Below are positions 25,861 to 39,826 of a stretch of 64,000 nucleotides of DNA, piece after piece. The position numbers and the translations under genes were made by a program. A model generated the notes under the pieces. It was not told the origin of the DNA, made no database searches, and was given only the letters and a program-made list of their open reading frames with translations. The DNA lies in the NCBI RefSeq assembly GCF_037042905.1, contig NC_087251.1, positions 25,484,001-25,548,000 of the forward strand, in the 5' to 3' direction. The number at the start of each line of letters is the position of its first letter. The first letter of the stretch is position 1. The stretch comes from Lytechinus pictus (taxonomy: Eukaryota).

Positions 25861-26590
25861 AGGTCAAGTCCACCCCAGAAAAATGTTGATTTGAATCAAT
25901 AAAGAAAAAAATCAAACAAGCATAACTCTGAAGATTTCATCAAAATTAGATGTAAAATAATAAAATTATGACATTTTAAAGTTTGGCTTATTTTTCACCA
26001 AACAGTTATATGCACAACTCAGTGATATGCAAATAACAGAGCCGATGATGTCCCTCTTTTTTTTTTATTGTTTGAATTATACATTATTTCAATTTTTACA
26101 GATTTGACAATTTGGACAAACTTGACTGAACCAAAAATATTAAAACAATGGTAATTCCTCATGTAGGGAGAATAAAAAATAAGAGAAAATTAGAATATTT
26201 CATATTTCATATAATGAAATACAAAAGAAATAGTGAGTGGGTGACGCCATCAGTCCCCTAGTTTGCATATCGACCAGGGGACTGTTTCATCAACATTTTT
26301 GTCTGACAACTTGACAGATCTGACATCTTTCCTTGATTTTGATTGGCAGAGCCGCACTGTTACTATAGTAACTGTCGGATAAAATGGGACTTGTCGGATA
26401 AAACGTCCGACAAGTCCTTTCATGAAACGCTCCCCTGGATGTACACTGTTTTGATAAATTAAGCAAAACTTAAAATGTCATAACTTTCTTATTTTACATC
26501 CGATTTTGATGAAATTGTTAGTGTTATGGTAATGCTGTTTTCAATTTTTCGCTTTTATTCAAATCAACTTTTTGTTGAGGTGGACTTGTT
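25861..26590. mobile_element. Kolobok-type MITE of the same family as 4665-5243, with a nested MITE
   Basis: TTAA|aggtcaagtccacccc ... ggtggacttgt. Confidence 0.85.
26278..26434. mobile_element. Harbinger-type MITE nested in the Kolobok-type MITE
   Basis: CAG|gggactgtttcat ... atgaaacgctccc|CTG. Confidence 0.75.
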
Positions 26591-26945
26591 TAAATCAAAT
26601 TATGCATTGCTTCCATTGTTATGAAATATGAATTAACTTCATTTTTATTTTGTATTTTAGTAACAGTAACATAACATAACATTGATGTTTATTCCTGTGT
26701 GTTATATTTCATCGTGTGTTGTTTTCTTATTAGAGTGCTAATAGTATCATTTCATTGTGCTGCATTTAATCATGTCTAATTGTGAATATTTACATAGTAT
26801 TTATATTTTTGCCAATTGCTGAAAAAATATTGAAAGTTTATGCATTAAAATACATTATATTTTTCATGTGTACACTAATATTGCAGTACGATAGCAACTT
26901 AACTTGCAAACTGCTATAATATTTTAAATGTATGTTGAATAACAT

Positions 26946-27263
26946 CAGGGTTCCCACAGTCATGGAAAATCCTGGAAAAATTTGTGGTCATGGAAAGTCA
27001 GGGAATTTGGAAAATTTGTGAAAAGTCATGGAATTGCATTTACCTCTTGGCTATGGCAGCTTTCCAGTTTGTCGTGTCTTGCAACTCTCATACTCTGATC
27101 ATAGTCCGCTATTATAATTGGTGTTCATGATTTCCATTTTCCCAGTTTTGTGACATCCCAAATTCTACATAACTCCTAGGACATCAAGGGAAGTCATGGA
27201 AAGCAGCAATTTAGTCATGGAAAAGACATGGAATTCTGTTTTCAAATTTCTGTGGGAACCCTG
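26946..27263. mobile_element. hAT-like MITE
   Basis: Perfect TIR cagggttcccacag / ctgtgggaaccctg; internal gtcatggaa repeats. Confidence 0.8.
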
Positions 27264-29642
27264 ATTATCAAGTTTTTGTCAGGCATCTTTTATATATATG
27301 TATAAGTGAAATATGTATACTCCAATTCGTATATTCAAACAAAGTAAGCCCGGGACCGAAAACCACATTTGCATTTAAATCTTTTGAAAAAGGCAATTGA
27401 ATAATTTCAGTATCACCAACAAGCCTATTCACATTTCGTTTTATTTTTTTGGTTCAATGATATTACAGTTGTCAATGCAGTGGACAGAGTAGATATGCCC
27501 CAGGGATTATATCAAAGAGCCTTAGGTTGATTGAGTCGTGTGACTCCTCGTGTCGGAATCTTTTCTTTCCTGATTCCAACGGTGTCTTACCGGTTAGAAT
27601 CCTGTCATCCACTAGATGGATGTCAGGAACTTGAACAAAAGAAGAAAAACAGCAGTTAAATTTAATGGATTTCATCAATCCAAGGTTTTGAATCAGTTTT
27701 GTCCTTGTGAATGGGGTAGCTGGATTCACCTCACACTTGCAGCCAAGTGCCTTTTACCCCTCCTTCCACTTTGCCTGATTCAGTGCATCCTCAACCCAAC
27801 ACTCTCTCCACTTGCCTCTACCATGTCTTCTTTGACCACACACTCCTCCACGGACCACCCATCTCAAACTCACAACTCCTTCTTTATACCTAGTTCGTAC
27901 TTTCGCGATTCGCACCATAATTAAAACCGTCCTCTTAATCGTGGCGTAAAGTAGTGATTGTGTCAGGTCATATCAGATCGTATAAGTTCAGATCAGTTGC
28001 GATAATCATATTTATCGTAGAAAATTTGTGAACGGTCCAAAAAAATTTGCGATCAGTTACGAAAGGCCATTCGCAACAGATCGCACGACAGTGGGAATGA
28101 GGTATTAAAAAAAACATACCCTCAGCACGTGCCTATGCCAATGTACCCCATTCACCATTGTTCCAAACAAACAAGATCACTTCTATATAATATCTGTATT
28201 GAACCAAACTGTTTCCCAAACACGATAGTTTTCAATCAGAAGTATGATTTGCGTACCCTCTTTTCTTCATTTTCTTTTCCAAAGCCATCAATTTGTACAA
28301 TGTCTCTAGTAAATATCACTGTCTTCGATGAATTTCGTGTTTGAGAAATATTGCATGCAAATGCTAATCCTCCAATAGTATTCAAAACTGTGAATTGGAA
28401 TATAATTGACAGCAAGCTGCCATAAAGAGAATGCTGAATGTTTTACTTGCAGAAAAAAAGTTTATACAAATTGAGCTGCTGATTTTTTTGGACAGCAGAG
28501 ATGTTACCGTAGTAAGATTGCATCAGATAGATTCTGTTCAATATGACAGGCTCCAGCCTGTATGGCTCTTCTGTCTGATATATTGTTTGTGAAAATGTTT
28601 GGTGTTTTGAATATTATTTTTGCTATGACTGTTGGCATATTTGAATATCAATGCCGCTTCATACACATATTTGGGGTGAATTATGCTTCCAATCGATGGT
28701 GCGCTATCTTGATATTTAAAATATTCAAAGTGGTCCCAGGCCTGCTTGTGATATTACGTTGTTATTTTGAAAAAAAAGTATAAAAAAGATCATAGGCAAC
28801 TACAAGTCTCTTCTTACACAATTACTGTATCTTTGTATGATTTCGTATGATTTAATTTTATTTCAATCACATTCCTCGTCCTTTAGTTTTTCTTACATTG
28901 TATTTTTTTCATTTGTAAACCTAATGAAATATATTTTTTTATTCATGTCATTTTTTATATTAATTTTTCTTTTCTCCAAATCTCTTCAGTTTACAAATTA
29001 TCCATTCCTGATATATGTTTTAATGGTATGATTAATTGAATAAGATAAGAAAAGTGAAAATTATTATTCATGTAATGCAAACATTCATTTTTGATGTCAA
29101 ATAAATTCAGTGTAGATAATTAATATTCAAGCAAGCCTGAACAAACTGAACATAACAAATAATAAATATTCACCCAGACATATTTTGGACTGGCTGTATT
29201 GTCACCACAGCTCAGCTCATGAACACTTTTTATTTAACAATTTTAATTCAGAAAAGCCAGAAAAAAATATTTATTACATCAATTTACCCATTGACAAGAA
29301 AAAAATAAGGGTCATCAATCCGTAATGATGGACAATTCGTCACCAAAAATTTCACCAGCCAAGGGGGGTCATTGCTCATTTTATGGAGTGCGCATCAATG
29401 CATTTTCACATTTTAAGAGTGCCTTCATGAGAAAGCGTTTAAGTGAATGAGTCTGATTATTCTGGATATAAGTTGGCAATCAAATAATTATTTTTAATGA
29501 AGATGAACAAGAATAATTGATCTGGAGTGGCATACAAGTCATGAGTGTTACTTTCTGTTTCAACCAGAGGTGTTTTTATTGTTAAAAACGCCCTCTTTTG
29601 TTCAGACTTATATAGCTTGCTGAACATCTTTATATCAATTAA

Positions 29643-30226
29643 AGGAGAATGAAAACTTTGGAACAAGATAGCTTGTGTGAAAACAGAAAAATCAAAGAAA
29701 CAGATTAACGAAAGTTTGAGAAAAATCAGACAAATAATGAGAAAGTTATGAGCATTTGAATATTGTGATCACTAATGCTATGGAGATCCTCAAATTAGCA
29801 ATGCGACAAAGATGTGTGATGTCACTTGTGAACAACTCTTCCCATTTCTTAAGTATATATTTCACTTAAATTGCCGCTTTTATCACATCTATCAGTAGAT
29901 CATGTGTTCTTTCTATAGGAGGGCATGTAATACAAATTTTTAAAGAATACATCATGGTTAAAAGTTTGTATCACCACAAGAAAAAGCAGAAAGAGACATT
30001 TTGAGGGTATTTTATAGTCCATCAAAGGGAAAGTTGTTCACTTGTGACATCACACATCCTTGTCGCATTGCCAATGGGAGGGTCTCCATAGCACTAGTGA
30101 TTGCAATATTCAAATGCTCATAACTTTCTTATTATTTATCCGATTTTTCTCAAACTTTCTTTGTTCTTATTCTTTGATTTTTCCGTTTCGACACAAGCCT
30201 ACATAATCCAAAGGTTTCATTCCCCT
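29643..30226. mobile_element. Kolobok-type MITE
   Basis: TTAA|aggagaatgaaaactttgga ... tccaaaggtttcattcccct|TTAA; about 200-bp inverted arms. Confidence 0.9.
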
Positions 30227-32238
30227 TTAAGTATTTCCTCCCTCATCCATATAAGACCTATAGAGTTGATCTTGTGTGCATGTACAGAAACTGCTGCATT
30301 ATTGTTATATTTCTTTTCAGAATGGATGCTGCTTTTATAAAAAAAACAAGCATTGTGAAGATTAAATATGTATAAATGTTCGTATATTTTGTGCTGGAAA
30401 ATCTGAAGTAATTTATCAAGTTGTATGCTCTAGTTAATATTAAGAATGAATGTTCCACTACTGGGATTTGTGTATTATAAAGCACATCACACACAGACGA
30501 ACATTTGTTTTTGTAAAATAAAAAATCATATTTTTTATATATTGAAATGCTGAGAAGCATTAAAATCTATCCCTTATCATTTTGAATTTGTATTTTTTTG
30601 GTCATCTGATACTTATCTTAAACATATACTACTTTTGTTTCTGCATTTGTTTTAATACTGATATTTGATTTATGTTTATCAGTGTAAAGACCCTCTTACA
30701 GTATAAGAGTGGTATATCTTCTTCATAGGAAGTTTAATGTTATTTTTAATTTCAAATGTTATATTTTCTTCCAGGAGTTCACCCAACTTAAAAGAGCTTT
30801 AATGTTTGGTGGTATCAGCTTTGTGTTTTTTTTTATATGTGAATGATTAATTGTTGTCTTTCTGAACATATAGAGTCTTATTGTATTCACTAGAAAAAGG
30901 CAACAAATATTACACTGTAATAAACATGATATTACAGGGAAAATACATGATCAAATTGGTGTACATTATTGCAAGTTAACAGAACATATTCCTTAAAAAA
31001 AAAAGTGTGAGAAATATTGTTTATTAATAATAAACAAGAAATGTGTATGTATTCAGATCCCTTATACTGATTTTCTCTACTTTCACAGAGTGCTCCGCGA
31101 ATTCTTAATGATATATATTTTGTTTTCAAGTTTGTGAATCCTACAGTCGCAGAGTAGTGTATAGAACTTCCTAAATGAAACGAATTATCAGGTTTTCAAC
31201 ATAGCTTTTCCATTTATTTATATTTGAAATGCCGTATTTTTTTAAAAATATTTGATAGAGAACTGTTACATGTACTTCTTTCTTTATTTCTAAGAATAAA
31301 TTCATCACTTGCTGAGATAGTCTGTTATAGAATAGATGAAATTTGAATTATATTAAGAGGTTGGCAGTAGTATTATTAGCAGTTCTTGAGACTCTGCTGC
31401 AGTCACTTCTGGATTTTTTTAAAGCACACGAGATTATAATTTTTTTTCTTTAAAGGAAAATTTTTCTTGTAGGGGTTTACACAAAGTAATTAGAGAGAAA
31501 CTTTACTCTTCTGAGGTATCAGTTTATTTCTATAGATAGTAAAAATATTTTGACCTGTACTTTAGATTTCAATCTAAGATTTTATTGTAAGGAATCATTT
31601 AAAACAAAAATCTCTCACAGTGGATATTTTATTGATCAATTTTCTTGGATCTCTATTCATATTATTACAAACTGTTTAGGAATTGTTAAAGGTATGGACT
31701 ATTTGTGTTTTTAGACCAGAAACTCAGAAAACAAAAGGAACATTACAGTTTTCACCTTTTGACACTCGATAATAATAAAATAATTGGTAAATAGATGTAT
31801 CATTAAACCTCTTTTCATACCACTTATATTTTGTCTGAATTTCTCTCCGTTTCTATTTGGTGTAGCCAAGCCGTTACCACTGTCAATTTTGGACCAATTT
31901 TATTTCTAAAAATTAGTTTTCGTCGTGAATCATTGAAGTCATATTTTGTTTTGTTTAGAGGGGAGGCAGAGACCATTTGACCAGCAAATGTGTGGTGTGC
32001 TGGGCATGTTACCCTCTCAGAGCCAAAAGTGCCCGATACCGCATTTGAGAGGGGCTTTGATTTTGACTGATGTATGATCAACTAATATGATTATGTATAT
32101 GTGGTAAAACCAAAGATTTGTTGTTTATTCTTTTCGTGTAAAAAGTATAGATTTATCATACCTTTGTCGAAATGGTGATCGGAGCACTTCCATGTTACTG
32201 ACCATACTCACATTATGCTGTGTTTAAATGCATGAATG

Positions 32239-32244
32239 AATAAA
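32239..32244 (+). terminator. Candidate distal poly(A) signal of EGLN1-like
   Basis: AATAAA followed by a U/GU-rich tract at the end of a U-rich, CpG-poor stretch. Confidence 0.4.
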
Positions 32245-32627
32245 ACAATATTTTATGAATGCTATGAGAAACGGTTTTCTATTCCTTTGTCCTCTGTTTT
32301 CTCTTAATTGAATCTCGTCCTTTTCATTATGCACTGCAAATGCAAGTGACCAAGTTCCAGTTTCATGAAACCTGTAACCAATTACAAATACACTGTACTA
32401 ACATTTGTCACTATGTTGGTGAAATTCTAGGTGATTGAATATTGTAGGTTACTATGGTAACTAACTTAACAGTGCTAACCATATACATGTTTTGATGTCA
32501 TGATTGGTGTTTCGTAAAGCAGCGTGACTTGATGAACGACTGACGATCCTCTCTCTTGGTAAATGAGAGACCCTTGTCCTGCTTTAACACAGTGGGAGTG
32601 AATTTCCTTGAACTGCGATTGTCGCAT

Positions 32628-32805
32628 TGGTGATGGTGATGTGGTGGTAGTTGTGGTGGTGTTGATAATGAATATGATGGTGATGATGATGATGATAATG
32701 ATGATGTTGACGATGGTGCTGGTGATGGCGACGATGATGATGGTGGTGGTGTTTGTGGTGGTGATGAGGATAAAGACGATGATGACGTTGGTTGTAGTAG
32801 TGGTG
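32628..32805. repeat. Degenerate (GAT/GGT)n microsatellite
   Basis: Directly visible in the sequence. Confidence 0.85.
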
Positions 32806-35800
32806 AGCAAAATTACACGAAAGCATGATTATCAAACTACAATCCAAGACATTTTCGTCATCGCAATTGTCATCATCAAAATTCCCTCCATTAACTATCA
32901 TTAAGTCACTATCATATAGCATCTGTCCGACTTGCCAATCACGTGATACTTGCCGAACCATCTTTTCTTTTTGTCAATACATGTTGACATGGGCCGTCTC
33001 GCCCATGGACACAAAAAACTGCTTGTTAACACGATTGTCTGCATACGTACAATGCCAACATTAAAATTCAACCTTCATTTACTCCAATAAACAAACTTAA
33101 AACAAAAGAATATATTGATTATTTTTTTTCAGCGCAATGACCCTATCGATCGTTACATCACAGAAAATGTTAAGGTTGTACAAGAAACCTGTTCTAGAGA
33201 ATTATTAAATGTTGGACGATAATTCCTTACATTAGAATTCCTTGCCCCATCTCTAAACACCAAAATATAAGGCTTACTCTTTCTTGAAATTTTGACGAAG
33301 TTGATTTTTCTGCGATTCTACGCGAGGAAATTGTCTTCATTTGAAAAGGGGGGGGGGGGTGTATTTCTGCCCAAACCTTAGCCTAACCATGAACTCATAT
33401 ACAATCGATACTAAGTTGTCGATCGTGCGATTGTGGTCACGTCTGCTCTCATTAGTAAGTGTGCATGTGATAATTGAAATTGATTGGTAATACTCCTGTA
33501 AGATAGTGAACATGAGACCAACCTTGACTCATCTGCAAAATAATAAAATGATGACGGGTGATTTGGTTGACAAATTTCCAAGGCCCTAACATGCCTAATG
33601 TGCGGAAACTTGGGATGGTATGGGAGGCGTAATGGAGGGAAATGAAAGAAAGCAAAAATTTCCCCAAAAAATTTAATGTCAAAATCATTTTGTAGGTTTG
33701 TCAAAATCTTAGGTGTTCGATACTTGGTGTACTTGCGACCTGTGAATGACACCCTATATCTCGGTTTGTGGTTGGATTTGTTGAATAGAGACTGGTCGAT
33801 ACTTTGGATAGGAAACCCCATTCTTACGTCAAGATTTTGTGTTTTAAAGGCAAAAAATGAAAATGAGAAAAAAAAACATATTGAAGGTGCGTCAAATTCC
33901 ATCACAGATCAATAGAATTACTTTTGAAAGTTCAAATTTTGTGACGTTACTTTATAGCCATCCTCCCATTATTATTAAATCAATGAATTTCTATATGAAT
34001 TGATATTTGATCGAATAAATTTTCCATAAAAGTTTGTACTGTCGAACTGTTGAAAGGATGGGATAGCATGCCCTCCTAATTTAGGGTCAAATAATCGTAT
34101 TGTATGCTTAAAGAAAATTACCATTGATTTTTTAATATCTGGCCGATCTGATGTTTAATACACGTCACAGTTGTTACAATATTTAATCGTTCACTTTTTA
34201 GAACAACATATTTTAAGCTGGCTCGCTTTTCTCACTCGCAAGTTTTTTTAAAAATGATGCACTGGAAATGCAACGAAAAGAAAGTTTCTGCTTGCCGGTT
34301 GTGAAGCGCTATAATACCCATGATATTAAAATGAGGGGAAAAAGGACCCTATGATTTGAATCGTCTTTTTCCTTATCACTTTCACGCCGCCCTTGCATCA
34401 CAAAATTATTTTTTTATGTTTTTATCAAACCTTCATTGATAAGTTTCATTTTTTAGATTGTATTAAAGCCAACTTTGAACAACAAGCAGTTAAGCATTCC
34501 TAAAGTGAAGTATTCCTACATCACCCATAGCATGGAGCTATCCATGCCCATAGCATTCCTCTTGCATGCAAACGTAAAGCGAACGTGCATCCCATCAAAT
34601 CCCTCAGAGATTGCGAATTTATGATGCAGTGTGTTGTACTTGTATTATATTAAAAAGTGCAATCTTAATAAAAAAATGAATATAAATCTAAAGAAACGAA
34701 AGGTTAAATGCATGGATCTGAAGAAGCAAAATCAAAGATAGTCAGAACATGAAGCAGTTACCCCTCCCTGAAAAGCATGATGAGGACTACAGAAGGATTA
34801 TATATATATATACATATTTAATAACGACCCTCCCTCCTCCCCCTGTTTGTCTATATATCTATATACGTTTCTCTCCCCCTCCCTCTTAGTTAGTCTGTTT
34901 CTCTCTCTTTATCTCTCCACCCCCTCTCTTCTTTCTAAAAGAGGAATAGGATGTACTTTGTGTACCAACTTACCCCCAAAGAAATATACATATATATATA
35001 ATAAATTAATAAATAATTTATTTATTCGTGCATACATGAATGAATTCAATGATGGTTTTGAGTTGCTTCGCAAAAAAACAAACATTATCCCTACAAAAAC
35101 GAGAGAAAAAACCCTGCAATTTGTACTTGCTAGGAACAATGATCGAGTGACTATATTATTAATAGGAACGAAATATAATTGATTGCCGAAAAAGTGCACG
35201 GTATGTAGGCTTTAATTTGACCCCCATCATGTGCACAGAATAGCTTAGAGAGGCGAAGCGCCCATCGATTTTCTTTTATATCTTAACCGGTCCAGTTCTC
35301 TTCTAAAGATGCTCTCCAATTATCAGGATCACTCTAAAGATATCTTTTAACAATGACAAATTCCTTTTTAGCACGACCATTCAATTTATCTGATTCCGAT
35401 TATCATTTATTTCTTTAAAAAATGCAGTACAATTATATTGAAGAAGACAAAGTCTGCAAGCATCATGATATTGCGTACAAAGAGGACAATAAGCATATCA
35501 AATGCGTTTATTTTAATTGATTCGAAAACTAGTAAGGAAATTATCACTATATGGCTCAATGCTCACCCAACCCCCCCCCCCCCCCCAAGAAAAATAAATA
35601 AATGCAGAAAGAAAGAAAGAAGAAAGAAAATGTTTGTGTTACATACATATTTCATAATTTTTCTTGAAGTTCTGTGGATATCTGGCCGATATGCAAACAC
35701 GCAATAAAAATCTTTGATGTCAGAATCGATTACTTGACGAAAAATATCAATTTTTAATCTAGTCCCTCAAATTCTTATCTCACAAATGACTCTCCATAGC

Positions 35801-36364
35801 AATATTATCGGCAATTTTGTGCTATATTTATGACCGATAAACGTCAACGTCATCCCCTGCAATCGCGAACTTGATTTATTATTAAATTTGCTGACTTTTT
35901 TTTATTTCACAAGAAAAGAAAATTAAGGTAATATGGCATGCCTCCGCCCATTCATAGGTACGATCAACAAATTTTCTTGCAATAACAAGAACATGGTTAT
36001 AACAATTAGTGATAATAATGAGAAACTCAGGAACAATGGGACATATTATCCGATATAAATGATAGTCATAAGTCTGAAACCAAGCTGATCATGATTTAAA
36101 ATTCTACTCTGAAATTATCGTAATTCCAAGCCACCATGCTTCAGCCATAATATTTCTATATGAAATCAAGATTATGTATCTTTATTCTCCTCTTAAAAAA
36201 ATGTTGTTATTATAATATTTTCCGTTCATTTTGCATGGCTCTTTTGAGAAAAAAAGAGGCTTTATTATGCAGGAAACCATGAATGTGTAAAGAAAAAAAA
36301 ATGTAAAAGAAATTAATTTTTGAATGAATAACAATATGTTGATAAAATGAATGCATACATAAAT

Positions 36365-36653
36365 GGGGGAGTCGTGGTCTAGAAGTAACGTCTCTCGTCT
36401 TTCAATCAGAGGGAAGTGGGTTCGAATCTAAACCATGACGTGTTTTCCTTCAGCAAGAAATTTACCTACGTTGTGGTGCACTCAACCCAGGTGAGGTGAA
36501 TGGGTACCCGGCAGGATTAATATTACTTGAATGCTTTAGCGCCTATTCGATGGCTCAGCTACAGCCATGCAGGTTAATTATAATAGTGCGCCATTGTATA
36601 GGCAATTAGATAATCGGCGCCTTATAAATGCTATCTATTATCATTATTATTAT
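36365..36653 (+). mobile_element. tRNA-derived SINE with a Deu-domain-like core
   Basis: A box gtggtctagaagtaa, B box ggttcgaatct, core gcactcaacccaggtg...aatgggtacc, LINE-like tail gcgccttataaatgc(tat)n. Confidence 0.85.
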
Positions 36654-37185
36654 AACAAATTAATGAAATTAATGAGAGAATGAAAATTAATATTATGTTT
36701 AAACCGCTTATATCTGCCAGATATACTAATCCTGGTGCTCCACATTTATCATGTATATATATATGCTGATAACTAACGAACTAAAAACAATATTTATATA
36801 ATTGAGTTAACAAATAAAAAAGAGTAATAACAATATTTTCTTCGTTTGCTTCGTTTTACTCGCTTTGGTTTCAGTTAGAGATAACGTATTATAAACCGTA
36901 TTTAGGAGATAATTTGGAGCATATACCTATCCATTCTTTTCCTGAATTCTCGGCCTATATCACCCAATTTTCTCACCAAGTAATGTTTATTGCCAGGACT
37001 CCATCGCTCTTTCTTTTTCTTTTTCTTCCCTTTGTGTCTGCCTACTCTTTTTCTTTCATCCCCTTCACTAACCTGATTGGTCTTCTCCACTCACTAATGC
37101 CCCTTTTGTCTCCTTGTTTCTAGTGTTGCTGTAGCTTGTTTGTGGTCTATATTATGGTTGTTCCATTTTATATGTTTGTCATTTT

Positions 37186-37224
37186 GCCTCCGACGAAGAT
37201 TCTGCTAGGATCGAAAGCTTAGGC
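37186..37224 (+). ncRNA. Minimal type-I hammerhead ribozyme motif, Penelope-associated type
   Basis: gcct CCGACGA a gattct-gct-aggatc GAAA gctt aggc: helix I gcct/aggc, 6-bp helix II, palindromic helix III. Confidence 0.6.
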
Positions 37225-38003
37225 CCCTTTTTTACTTTCTTTTTTTCTAAAATTGTCACAATCCCAATAGCAATTAAGCCATCAATGCTGTTTTCATTTC
37301 AATACACTCATATTAGTTGTGAGAAACACCGCTCAATCAATTATCATGCTTATCACGCTGTGAAGATCTAAGATTAATCGCATTATATCAAAGCAATCAA
37401 AACTTATAAAATAATTAAAAGATATTTAAATAACTTAACATCTACGAGTGATAGGAGAAAATGGTTCAAAGAATGAACCACGTTTGATTTACTCTCATCA
37501 ATCGCCTGATTTAGTGGAAAATGTTCTCATTTTTTGTAGCTGGTGCTTCATGATGAGTTTTTTTTTTAATTTGTAGTTTGTGTCTTTCTAATATTCTTTC
37601 TAAGATGCAACGTCTGAAATATTTGTTTTGGCAACAAATGAGTACAGGCATTTATTGGTTCATAATAAAAAAAATCGACTACTTCCCAATCTTTTTATTT
37701 TCTTCTCATCAACAATTCTTTCTAGTTAACCTGCTTTTTGTGAGTGTGTTCGTCGATCTGCATGTCTACATATGCAGATAGAGATGATATACCATTCTGA
37801 CGTAAATTTTCAGAATTACTTGCTCATGAACCTACAAACGACTGATACCCTTATTCAACACATCTTATGCTAGCATTTATTATACTATTAAATTAAAAAT
37901 AAAATGTCTTTTGCACATCTAAAACCGATCAATGAAGACCAAGAATTCAACGTGTTATAAACCAACTTTTGGGGCAAAATATGAACTTGCCGGGATTCCT
38001 TAA

Positions 38004-38615
38004 AGGGGTACTCCTGGCAGTAAATAATTTGATTTGAACACATACAAAAAAATCAGACAAACAAAATACTGAAAATTTGATCAAAATCAGACAAGGAATA
38101 ACGAAGTTATGGCATTTTAAAGATTTGCATTACCTCGGTGAAACAGTTCCAGGCATTTCTTCATGAATATTCAATGAGCAAACAGATTATGTCATATCCC
38201 CACTTGTTTTTTTTGTATTTTATTATGTGAATTTATGCTTATTCAATTTTTCCTCCAAGAATTAAAAAGAATTGGAATAACAACAAATTTAATGCATTAG
38301 ATATTCATTGCTGCAACTTATTTCGTTGTAAGGGAGACATTAATATTCACACATGACATGAAAAAATGAAGCAATATTATGATTTCATGTAATAACATAA
38401 GAAAAGGGAAAGTGGGGATGTGACATCATCAGCCTACCTAATGAATTTCATGACGACGTGTAAATAACTGTTTTAAAAGAATATTGCTTAACTTTAAACT
38501 TATAAATAACTTCAGTATTTTTTTAAATCAGATTTTGATGAAGTTTTAAGCATTTTGCTCTGTGAATTTTACTCTATTTATTCAGATATAAATAATTTCA
38601 GCACGGAGTACCACT
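38004..38615. mobile_element. Kolobok-type MITE
   Basis: TTAA|aggggtactcc ... ggagtaccact|TTAA; interior similar to the 16308 copy. Confidence 0.85.
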
Positions 38616-39551
38616 TTAAGTGGAACATGGTGTACAGATAAGATCTTGGGCCGTTGCCCCTCGAAAAAATCCACGATCGAGGAAAAAGAATTTAAAAGAA
38701 GAAAGGGAAAGGTCTAAATCATGAAATGATTTTTTAGCTAGTATAATAATCTGTAACAAACTTAGATTATTATGTTTGTATAATGGTAAATTTGCGCGCT
38801 CGCTTCGATCTCTCATGACTATTAAGAATTTTATCTTTACGCCAAGTTTCGCCCTTCATTTTTACTTTTACTTCATGGGATACTTCTATCGTCATGATTA
38901 TAGACAATACACTTCCCAGTAAACAGTATATGACTCGGAATGGAACAACTGATGACGTATGTATTAAAGATTTGTTTAATGATGTAGATCCGGCTGAATT
39001 AGCCCATGCAACTTGACCCTTGTGTCTATCCAGTTCATCTTTTAAAAAGACAATATTTTGCCACCCCTAATCGTCCAACCTAGAAAAAAAAACCATGAGC
39101 ATTGTGCATGCTGCTGATCCGCCTAAGCAACCACGGACAAAGGTTTTAGCATCTATTCATCCATAGTCCTCTATCGATCAAGACAGCTTTGAATATTAAT
39201 GAGCCAGGGCGCTACAATAGAAGGACCCCCATCTTCACGTCCAATCATCCCCCATGCGTCTCCACTTGTGTAACGCCGCGAGTCACATCAATACATAGTT
39301 AAGAGCCCATTGGCGTAATGAGGCAAAACAAATTGAGGAAACTGGTACAGTGTACAATTATGGAAAATTGTGAGCGAGCGAGGCGAGTGAGTCCCATTAT
39401 GATGTTTCTAAATAGACCTTTAATTATATGGGCCGAATAACAAATACAGGTAAATTATTCAAGTCGGCAAGATAGTAAAGGAAATTTAGCGATATCTATG
39501 ATGTTGAAAAATAATGATGATTGAACCCCACACAATTTTGCGAAAGTTTTG

Positions 39552-39780
39552 CACTGCTAAAAAACCGGTGTTAATTTAACACTAGCCCGGGATCTATATC
39601 GGAAAACACCAGGGGAGTGTTGAAACAACACCAGTTAACATGGTTAAGAATCAAACCGATGATTTGTGTTGTTTGAATGCATCTGGTGTTAGCCTAAAAC
39701 TGAAGTGGTGCTGTTCCAACTGATGTTTTCCTATAGAGATACCGAGCTGGTGTTAAATTAACACTGGTATTTTTGCAGTG
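39552..39780. mobile_element. EnSpm/CACTA-like MITE
   Basis: TG|cactgctaaaaaaccggtgttaatttaacac ... gtgttaaattaacactggtatttttgcagtg|TG; 2-bp TSD. Confidence 0.8.
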
Positions 39781-39826
39781 TGTGATGGTGCAGTCTACCC
39801 TCACCACCACCTGTATGCCACATTAA

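Noticed and set aside
32475..32961. His-rich and Met/Val-rich ORFs (similar ones at 46092-46395)
   Set aside because: Derived from (GAT/GGT)n microsatellites
36365..36440. tRNA gene
   Set aside because: Cloverleaf is degenerate and continues into a SINE core and tail
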